Assembly: GCA_030019415.1 (NCBI GenBank)
Contig: JASEEX010000007.1
Location: forward strand, 1-62,486
Direction of reading: 5' to 3'
DNA length: 62,486 bases
From: Thermodesulfovibrionales bacterium
GTDB lineage: Bacteria; Nitrospirota; Thermodesulfovibrionia; Thermodesulfovibrionales; SM23-35
Shown: piece by piece, positions 55,625 through 62,486 of the stretch
Layout of the letters: each line of letters begins with the position of its first letter
Numbering within the stretch: the stretch's first letter is position 1
Position numbers and translations under genes: made by a program
The notes under the pieces: generated by a model
Told to the model about the DNA's origin: nothing
What the model saw: only the letters and a program-made list of their open reading frames with translations
Database searches by the model: none

Positions 55625-55778
55625 ATGAATAAACTTTTTTCATTTTCGGTACTCGTCCTGAGGCCATAAAGATGGCTCCACTGATATTAAAGGCAAGTGC
55701 TAACGCCTCATTTAATGTCGGGCTCTGTGCTACAGGACATCACGATGAGATGCTCCAACAGGTTTTGGATTTCTCAGG
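55625..55778 (+). pseudogene. frameshifted remnant of the wecB 5' end
   Basis: atgaataaacttttttcattttcggtactcgtcctgaggccat... is colinear with 56758-56910 of intact wecB. One missing nt near the start gives an early TAA. Confidence 0.85.
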
Positions 55779-56014
55779 AAAGATGTCTGAGTTATGCTCT
55801 TTCAACTAAGAACTATTCGTTCCCCGAAATTTGGATAGGAGATTAAACGCATTAATTTACCTTGTCATTAGATTACTTGGAAGGTAAATGGCAACTTTCT
55901 ACCAACGGATCTGGGTACTCTGTTTAGGGAGATACACTAAAGCCATCTGTGATATAATATAATCTACTTTACGTATAAGTACTGAAATAAATCACAGAAC
56001 AATGAGGAAACCCT

Positions 56015-56350
56015 ATGTCAGGGGGTAAGAAGTCATATAGCGATACCATAGTTGAGAGATTTTTATCTATGATTTCACCTTTAGGGGAAAATATAAAGGA
56101 GATGTATCTATTTGGTTCAAGATGTCGGGATGATTGGCGACCTGATTCAGATTTCGATTTTTTAATTGTTGTTAATAGAAAGGACAGAGAGTTTACCAGT
56201 AAACTATATGATGCAGTCATGTACATACTCCTTGATACAGGCAGGTTAATATCCCTTAAGATTTTCACAGCCTCTGAGTTTAACCGCCTGAAGTCAATTC
56301 CTACCCCTTTCATGCATAGTGTCACTAAGGAGGGTATAAGGCTTATTTAA
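56015..56350 (+). CDS. MNT-type nucleotidyltransferase
   Basis: LFGSRCRDDWRPDSDFDFLIVV NTase motif, 111 aa. Confidence 0.75.
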   Translation: MSGGKKSYSDTIVERFLSMISPLGENIKEMYLFGSRCRDDWRPDSDFDFLIVVNRKDREFTSKLYDAVMYILLDTGRLISLKIFTASEFNRLKSIPTPFMHSVTKEGIRLI

Positions 56351-56351
56351 A

Positions 56352-56519
56352 AAGGATATCGGGAAATATCTTGCTAATCTGAAGGATGAAAGGGAGAGTG
56401 GAGATTATGAGGTATTTTCTTATATAGACAGAGAGACTGCAGAAACCGCAATAGAGGAAGCAAGAGAGTTTATTAGAGAAAGTAAGGCATATTTGAGAAA
56501 CATTACCTTAATAGATTAG
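56352..56519 (+). pseudogene. C-terminal fragment of a HEPN-domain gene (no start codon)
   Basis: Manual translation KDIGKYLANLKDERESGDYEVFSYIDRETAETAIEEAREFIRESKAYLRNITLID*. It looks like a HEPN C-terminal half (R..GDY ... EA..F). The frame is closed 4 codons upstream with no initiator. Confidence 0.6.
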
Positions 56520-56581
56520 TTCTGAACTTTTTAGATATTAATACAAAAGTATTAAGTAAATTGGCATAAACATATAGTGTT

Positions 56582-56651
56582 GTCATTCCCGCGCAGGCGG
56601 GAATCCAGTTTTATCAGTATTCTTCTGGATTCCTGCTTTTGCAGGAATGAC
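56582..56651. repeat. inverted pair of GTCATTCC-hairpin-GGAATCCAG units (MITE-like)
   Basis: gtcattcccgcgcaggcgggaatccag ... ctggattcctgcttttgcaggaatgac. Confidence 0.7.
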
Positions 56652-56754
56652 GAGAAATGTAATATTATTAATTAATTTCGTTTGTATTAAATATACAAAG
56701 GCCTTTTGCAAGGTCTTGTTTTTGTACCTGATTCGGGTTTAATATTGTAGAGAA

Positions 56755-57867
56755 ATGATGAAACTTCTCTTCATTTTCGGTACACGTCCAGAGGCCATTA
56801 AACTGGCTCCTGTGATACTAAAAGCACAAAAAGATGAATCCTTTGATGTCAGGATCTGTGTAACCGGTCAGCACAATGAGATGCTCCACCAGGTTTTAGA
56901 TTTCTTCAGGATAGAACCAGATTATGACCTGAATATTATGCAGCCTGACCAGTCTCTCTACGATGTTACAGCTAATACGATTAAATTCCTTGAAAATGTC
57001 ATTGCTTCAGAAAATCCATCGCTGGTTTTAGTGCAGGGTGACACTACCACTGCCTTTATAGGTGCGCTGGCCTCTTTTTACCAGAAGGTTCCTGTAGCAC
57101 ATATCGAAGCAGGCCTCAGGAGCCACAACAAGTATTCGCCATTCCCGGAAGAGATAAACAGGGTTTTAGTTGGACACCTCGCAGATTATCATTTTGCTCC
57201 AACTTTAAGGACAAAAGAAAATCTGATCAGAGAAGGTATAAACGAGGACAGGATTTATATTGTTGGTAATACAGTTATTGATGCCCTATTTTTGACCCTT
57301 GAGATTATAAAAAATCAAGAGGACAGGTTTTTGGAATATTTTGATTGGTTAAATATCGAAAAACCTATAATACTTGTGACATGCCATAGACGAGAGAGCT
57401 TCGGTGAGCCTTTCAAAAATATCTGTCTGGCTCTTAGGGATATTGCTGAAGAAAATAATGTTGAAATTGTTTATCCAGTACATCTAAACCCAAATGTGAG
57501 AGAACCTGTTTTTGAAATACTCAACGGGCTTAAAAATATACATCTTATTGAGCCATTGAGTTATCCATACCTCGTATGGCTTATGGAAAAATCTTCTCTG
57601 ATACTTACAGATTCTGGAGGGATACAGGAGGAGGCACCGAGCCTCGGAAAACCAGTTCTTGTAATGAGAGAGGTTACTGAAAGGGTAGAAGGAATTGAGG
57701 CAGGAACTTGTAAATTAGTTGGAACAGAAAAGGAAAAGATAGTGGATGAAACTATTCGCCTTTTAACTGATCTTGATGAATATGAGAGAATGGCAAAATC
57801 TGTAAATCCTTATGGTGATGGAAAATCCTCTAAAAAAATATTAAAGATTCTTTCTGATATGATCTAA
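56755..57867 (+). CDS. wecB: UDP-N-acetylglucosamine 2-epimerase (non-hydrolysing)
   Basis: FGTRPEAIKLAPV, VQGDTTT, HIEAGLRS and DSGGIQEEAPSLGKPVLVMR motifs. Confidence 0.9.
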   Translation: MMKLLFIFGTRPEAIKLAPVILKAQKDESFDVRICVTGQHNEMLHQVLDFFRIEPDYDLNIMQPDQSLYDVTANTIKFLENVIASENPSLVLVQGDTTTAFIGALASFYQKVPVAHIEAGLRSHNKYSPFPEEINRVLVGHLADYHFAPTLRTKENLIREGINEDRIYIVGNTVIDALFLTLEIIKNQEDRFLEYFDWLNIEKPIILVTCHRRESFGEPFKNICLALRDIAEENNVEIVYPVHLNPNVREPVFEILNGLKNIHLIEPLSYPYLVWLMEKSSLILTDSGGIQEEAPSLGKPVLVMREVTERVEGIEAGTCKLVGTEKEKIVDETIRLLTDLDEYERMAKSVNPYGDGKSSKKILKILSDMI

Positions 57868-59139
57868 ATGAAAATTCTGCTTATCGCCTATTCCTTTCCA
57901 CCATTTCAAGACGGTCAATCCCTTAGGTGGTATTATTTATCGAATGCACTAGCCGAATTGGGGGTACAAATAGATGTAATTACCATCAAGCATCCCTTAG
58001 AAGATAAAATCACATGGAATTTCCATAAAAATATAGAGATATTTAGAATCTATCCAGGACCCATTGAATTTTTTGCACTAAGGGCAAAGAAAAATATGGG
58101 AGTTGGTGACGGGGGAAATAAAGAGCTTAGAAAATCTTTAAAATTTAAGATGATGAAATCCTCATACTGGGGAATAAGAAATTTTGTTGGAAATCTTTTG
58201 CCAGGGGACATAAGGACAGAGTGGTTTCCTTTTACCATAAGATTTATTAAGGAAAATATTGACATAAGAAAGTATGATTATTTAATAACATCCCACGAGC
58301 CTTGGGTGGATAGTTTACTGGGTTTATATTTAAAAAAAAGAGATGCCAAAATAAAGTGGATAGCTGATTTCGGGGATCCATATATTGCTCCTTATACATC
58401 GAAACATAAATTGTGGTTTGAAAATTACTTTGAAAAATTGATATATAAAAATGCATCCGTTTTGATATTTACAAATGGCAAAGTAATAGAGCATCTGTCA
58501 AATAAATATCCTTTTTTAAAGAATAAAAAATTATTGGTGATTGAACAGGGCTTTAGCTACCGCTTAAGCGCTGAAATAAATGATGTACAATATAAGAATA
58601 AAATTTTCACCTTAATCTACACAGGAACATTTTACAGGAATTTTAGAGATCCTTCAAATCTGATCAAGGCCCTTTCTATGATCGATTTTGAATACAAGTT
58701 CTGTCTTGCTGGAAGAAATGAGAAATTTATAAAAGATTTCAGTATATTAGGAGATAATTTTGAATTTTTAGGAGTTGTAGATCACTTCAATATACTGAAG
58801 TTACAAAAAGCAAGCGATGTCTTAATTCATCTTGCAAATAAGAACACATCCATACAGATTCCCGGCAAATTTTATGAATATCTTGGAGCTTTAAAGCCTA
58901 TTTTAAGCATTCATTTTGATTGTGAAGATCCCACAAGGAAGCTTGTCAAAGAATTAAGATGCGGAATATCTTGTGAAGATAACCCAATCGAAATAAAGAA
59001 CGCGATAGAAAGCATTTATAAGAATTGGAAGAGAAATGAAAATAATTGTAAGGCAAGCCTTGAGGGTATATGCGATTTTTCATGGGAAAAGAAGGCAAAG
59101 ATAATTTATAAAAATCTTAAAGCAACCGTTGCTGTCTAA
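57868..59139 (+). CDS. glycosyltransferase (GT-B fold, divergent)
   Basis: MKILLIAYSFPP start and a C-terminal PGKFYEYLGALKPIL (E-x7-like) region. Very AT-rich. Confidence 0.6.
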   Translation: MKILLIAYSFPPFQDGQSLRWYYLSNALAELGVQIDVITIKHPLEDKITWNFHKNIEIFRIYPGPIEFFALRAKKNMGVGDGGNKELRKSLKFKMMKSSYWGIRNFVGNLLPGDIRTEWFPFTIRFIKENIDIRKYDYLITSHEPWVDSLLGLYLKKRDAKIKWIADFGDPYIAPYTSKHKLWFENYFEKLIYKNASVLIFTNGKVIEHLSNKYPFLKNKKLLVIEQGFSYRLSAEINDVQYKNKIFTLIYTGTFYRNFRDPSNLIKALSMIDFEYKFCLAGRNEKFIKDFSILGDNFEFLGVVDHFNILKLQKASDVLIHLANKNTSIQIPGKFYEYLGALKPILSIHFDCEDPTRKLVKELRCGISCEDNPIEIKNAIESIYKNWKRNENNCKASLEGICDFSWEKKAKIIYKNLKATVAV

Positions 59140-59261
59140 ATAATCTGAATTCATAAGCAATATAAAAAATATAAACATCATGACCTATAGAAAGAGCAAG
59201 GGTTTGGATACCATCTGTGACGGTATTTTGAAGGGTACCGATTTTATTTTTCCCTAAAAAT

Positions 59262-60332
59262 ATGATCGCTATAAATTCACGTTTTTTAACTCAAAAAGTC
59301 TCCGGCGTTCAACGATATGCTATAGAGATATCGAAACAACTCAAAAAATTGTATCCTGAAACAAGATTTGCTGCGCCTAAAAATATCATTCATAGAGAAC
59401 TGGCCGAGCGTTTAGAAGCTGTAGAGTATGGAACACTAACGGGGCATCTGTGGGAACAAATAGAGCTTCCAAAATATTTAAAGGAAAATAACAACCCATT
59501 GCTTATAAATTTGGCGAATACTGCCCCTTTGTCTTATAACAATCAGATAGTCACGATTTGTGACCTTTCTTTTTTGAGAAATCCAAAATGGTTCTCAAAG
59601 AAATTTTATTTTTACTATAAATTTCTGATACCACGAATAGCCAAAAACTCTTTAAAAATTATTACGATCAGTGAATTCTCAAAAAATGAGATAATAGAGT
59701 TACTTGATGCCCGTGAAAGTAAGATTAAAGTCATTCATTGCGGAGGTGCTGAAGAATTTGCCAATCTTATAGACAACGATTCAGTAATTGATTATAGAAC
59801 CAAAAAATACATATTATCAGTTTCCACATTAGGTCCAAGAAAAAATCTTGAAAGTCTAATTTTGGCCTTTCGAAAATTAAAGGTACCTGATATCCAATTG
59901 ATAATCGTCGGATCAAAAAATAACAATTTTGCAAACAATAACTTAAAAAATCTGATAAATGCTGACAAAAATATTATTTTTACTGGATATATTTCAGATA
60001 TAGAGTTAGTGTCTCTATATAGAAATGCCATGTTATTTGTTTACCCCTCTCTTTACGAAGGATTTGGTCTTCCGCCTTTGGAGGCCATGGGTTGCGGAGT
60101 GCCTGTTGTAGTTTCCAACGTTGCAAGCCTGCCTGAGATATGTGGTAATGCAGCGTATTATGTTGATCCATATAATGTGGAAAGTATAGCTGAAGGGATA
60201 TATAAAGTGTTGACTGATGAACCGCTTCGGCAAAGCCTGATCAAAAAAGGACTTGAGAGAGTTAAGCTTTTTAGCTGGGAAAAGTCGGCAAAAGAGCATA
60301 TTAAAGTTTTTGAAGAGGTTTTGAATAGTTGA
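59262..60332 (+). CDS. family 4 (group 1) glycosyltransferase
   Basis: YPSLYEGFGLPPLEAMGCGVPVVVSN E-x7-E motif. Confidence 0.85.
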   Translation: MIAINSRFLTQKVSGVQRYAIEISKQLKKLYPETRFAAPKNIIHRELAERLEAVEYGTLTGHLWEQIELPKYLKENNNPLLINLANTAPLSYNNQIVTICDLSFLRNPKWFSKKFYFYYKFLIPRIAKNSLKIITISEFSKNEIIELLDARESKIKVIHCGGAEEFANLIDNDSVIDYRTKKYILSVSTLGPRKNLESLILAFRKLKVPDIQLIIVGSKNNNFANNNLKNLINADKNIIFTGYISDIELVSLYRNAMLFVYPSLYEGFGLPPLEAMGCGVPVVVSNVASLPEICGNAAYYVDPYNVESIAEGIYKVLTDEPLRQSLIKKGLERVKLFSWEKSAKEHIKVFEEVLNS

Positions 60333-60428
60333 AGGTCGATAATTCAGCTTATAATCATCTTATCCATCTGATAAAACATGGTATACTATTTCACTTTGAG
60401 GCTCTCGTCAGGAGAGTTTAAGAACTAA

Positions 60429-60866
60429 ATGATTATGCGTAAAAGAAGATTATCCGGAGAAGAGAGAGGCTACCTGATTGAAAGGATTGCTGCTATCCTG
60501 AAAGAAAAGGAATATGTTCTCTTTGCCTATATCTTTGGCTCTTTTGCTTCAGGAGAAAGTTTTAATGATATAGATGTCGGCATCTTTATCTCTGGGGAAA
60601 GGCTTAACTCCCCGCTAAGGCTGGAATTGGAGATGGAAAGGGAGTTAGAGGATGCTGTCCGTATCCCCGTAGATATTAGGATCATCAACAATGCACCGCC
60701 GTCTTTTATCTATAATGTCTTAAAAAGCGGGCTTGTGATTGTGGATAACAATAAATCGCTTAGGGCTGACTTTGAAGGGTTGGTCTACAAAAAATATTTT
60801 GATTTTCAACATCTAAGAAATGAATATTTAAGAGAGATTATAAATGCCCCTCTTCAATCCAGATAA
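60429..60866 (+). CDS. mntA: MNT-type nucleotidyltransferase antitoxin
   Basis: FGSFASGESFNDIDVGIF NTase motif. It overlaps the downstream HepT-like ORF. Confidence 0.8.
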   Translation: MIMRKRRLSGEERGYLIERIAAILKEKEYVLFAYIFGSFASGESFNDIDVGIFISGERLNSPLRLELEMERELEDAVRIPVDIRIINNAPPSFIYNVLKSGLVIVDNNKSLRADFEGLVYKKYFDFQHLRNEYLREIINAPLQSR

Positions 60867-61278
60867 AATAGCGAGATTAGTTTCTGAGATGCGTAAGGCT
60901 ATAAGTCGTTTGAAGTCCCTCGGAACCATTGACAAAGAATCATTCTTAAATGATCCTGATAAAATAGACAGTGCAAAGTATAATTTTGTTATCGCAATAG
61001 AATCTTCCATTGATATCTGTAATCACATTATATCTCAGAATAGCTATAGAGCTCCTGAGGATTATGCAGATACCTTCCAGGTCTTAGGAGAACATGGAGC
61101 CTTTGACAAAGACTTTGTTAAAGATTTAAAGGAGATGGCGAGGTTCCGAAATAGATTAATCCATTTGTACTGGGAGGTGGACGATGAGCAGGTATATGAA
61201 ATTCTACAATCCGGACTTGAGGACTTTAAAACTTTTATGGACAGAATAGCGGCATTTTTGAAATTGGAGAAGCTTTAG
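60844..61278 (+). CDS. hepT: HepT/DUF86-type HEPN toxin
   Basis: RNRLIHLY (R-x4-H HEPN motif), 144 aa, classic two-gene MNT-HepT layout. Confidence 0.8.
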   Translation: MPLFNPDKIARLVSEMRKAISRLKSLGTIDKESFLNDPDKIDSAKYNFVIAIESSIDICNHIISQNSYRAPEDYADTFQVLGEHGAFDKDFVKDLKEMARFRNRLIHLYWEVDDEQVYEILQSGLEDFKTFMDRIAAFLKLEKL

Positions 61279-61337
61279 TTCTTAACCGAAACATAAAGAG
61301 TAATCGGTGGATAGAGCATTCTTAAATTTTCTTGCGA

Positions 61338-61424
61338 GAAGGTCTTGAAAGGGCAAAGCTTTTTAGCTGGGAAAAATCAGCTAAAGAGCATCTTAAGGTC
61401 TTTGAAGAAGTTTTAATGGTTTAA
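61338..61424 (+). pseudogene. remnant of the GT4 gene 3' end, copy 2
   Basis: Translates EGLERAKLFSWEKSAKEHLKVFEEVLMV*, against KGLERVKLFSWEKSAKEHIKVFEEVLNS* at the end of 59262-60332. Confidence 0.85.
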
Positions 61425-61540
61425 TTGGTTGGATTGATCAGAAAAATTGATAAATGGTCATTGCATCATGGTGAGGCAGTTAAAGTTATGTCTTGTAAAG
61501 ATTCTGAATGGTATAGTAAAATTCTCTATAGAGGCAGCAT

Positions 61541-61825
61541 ATGAAGACCGAAGAGCTAAAGATCAGATATCCAAGCGGGTTTGAACATTCTGTGCATATG
61601 ACGAAGGAAGAAATGGAACAACATATACGTTTAATGGCTGCACTTAAGATGTTTGAACTCGGCAAAATATCTTCAGGAAAGGCTGCTGAGCTTGCAGGTA
61701 TGTCACGGGTGGAATTCTTTGAGGTATGTGGGAGGTATCGCGTTGGTATTTTCAATTATCCGGCTGAGGAAGCCGAGAAAGAAATCAGAAAGGATTTAGA
61801 GACTGCAAGGAAAATCAGCAGTTAA
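61541..61825 (+). CDS. UPF0175-family antitoxin-like protein
   Basis: LKMFELGKISSGKAAELAGMSRVEFFEV HTH-like core typical of UPF0175. It abuts the DUF3368 gene. Confidence 0.7.
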   Translation: MKTEELKIRYPSGFEHSVHMTKEEMEQHIRLMAALKMFELGKISSGKAAELAGMSRVEFFEVCGRYRVGIFNYPAEEAEKEIRKDLETARKISS

Positions 61826-62316
61826 TGAAGATTATTTCTAACACGGGTCCAATTATTGGGCTGGCCAAGATAGATTCTCTTCCCATTCTTAAAGAAATTG
61901 CTTCAGAGGTATTAATTCCACCCATGGTTCATAGAGAATTACTGGGGAAAATCGGGATCGAATCTGAAAGGATAGACAAGGCATTGAATGATTTTATTCG
62001 TGTAGCCGAATTAAATCCTCTGGATTCAGTGACCATAGAGATATTGGCTGATTTGGACGAAGGTGAAAGGCAAACAATTGGACTTGCTTCAACGTTTTCT
62101 GAAGATGTGCTTTTATTGCTTGATGATCGCGTGGGGAGGTTGGCTGCTGAAAAATTGAATATACCAACAACAGGTTTAATCGGAATTTTATTGCTGGCAA
62201 AAGAAAAAGGCATTCTGGAAAATATTCGTTCACTTATAGATAATCTGAGAAAACAGGGATATTGGATTTCTGATGAAGTGGCGGATACTGCCAAACGTCT
62301 TGCAGAGGAGAAGTAA
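61825..62316 (+). CDS. DUF3368-family PIN-like protein (toxin-like partner)
   Basis: ISNTGPIIGLAKI N-terminus and TGLIGILLLAKEKGIL...LRKQGYWIS C-terminus typical of DUF3368. Confidence 0.7.
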   Translation: MKIISNTGPIIGLAKIDSLPILKEIASEVLIPPMVHRELLGKIGIESERIDKALNDFIRVAELNPLDSVTIEILADLDEGERQTIGLASTFSEDVLLLLDDRVGRLAAEKLNIPTTGLIGILLLAKEKGILENIRSLIDNLRKQGYWISDEVADTAKRLAEEK

Positions 62317-62344
62317 GATCAGGAATCTGCATTTAAACTCGTAG

Positions 62345-62486
62345 CCTGTTTCCTTTTTTATGTTTGTGGTCTCCAATGTCGCAGGTCTTTCCAAGGTTTG
62401 TGGTGATGTAGTGTATTATGTTGATCCATAAAATGTGGAAAGCATTGCCATAAGGTGCTCACGGATGACACTTTACGACAGAGTCT
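62345..62486 (+). pseudogene. remnant of the GT4 gene 3' region, copy 3 (runs off the window)
   Basis: Colinear with about 60100-60240 (...VVSNVA..CG.A.YYVDPYNVESIA...KVLTD..LRQSL). It has TAT>TAA at DP*NVES and an indel before KVLTDDTLRQS. Confidence 0.8.

Noticed and set aside
48234-56651. Recurrent hairpin repeats as a CRISPR array.
   Set aside because: The copies are dispersed kilobases apart, are themselves palindrome pairs, have no regular repeat-spacer periodicity, and no cas genes are present.
1-62486. tRNA, rRNA or tmRNA genes.
   Set aside because: I scanned the intergenic gaps by eye for T-loop (GTTCRANYC) and acceptor-stem patterns and found nothing convincing. A tRNA scanner should still be run.

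Overview
Low-GC bacterial chromosomal segment. I saw no rRNA, tRNA, CRISPR array, transposase or integrase gene. Positions 1-32.1 kb are housekeeping core: galT-like/glgA, a PAS-GAF histidine kinase with a receiver, a MoeA-PBP fusion, LysM/NlpC-P60, scpB, dapB, an unannotated yacG, uvrA, pcm, a sigma-54 activator, a TSUP/USP module, an OprO/P-like porin, acyP, recN, ROK glucokinase, lepB, ribE-ribBA-ribH-nusB. From about 32.2 kb to the end the DNA is visibly more AT-rich and forms a cell-surface island. It holds a polyprenyl glycosylphosphotransferase, the Wzm/Wzt ABC glycan exporter and a complete T2SS-like operon (gspG-E-F, four pseudopilins, L/M/C-like, lipoprotein secretin). It also holds a strongly signalled secreted surface protein, a 1557-aa four-domain glycosyltransferase with an internal coiled coil, wecB and two more GTs. 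The main observations follow. (1) At four loci an inserted cassette (four MNT/HEPN modules, one UPF0175/DUF3368 module, one OMP gene) is flanked by decaying duplicate copies of the neighbouring gene end. This fits repeated insertion that regenerates the gene end, with no recombinase in view. (2) A DUF1573-family ORF has an in-frame TGA exactly at the first Cys of the family SCGCT motif, making it a candidate selenoprotein. (3) Several families of palindromic repeats are present, and some are inserted in-frame inside coding sequences. (4) UvrA appears to lack its insertion domain. (5) A 75-bp tandem duplication carries a pseudopilin start codon and leader. All calls come from reading the sequence and ORF translations by eye. 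No database searches were run.
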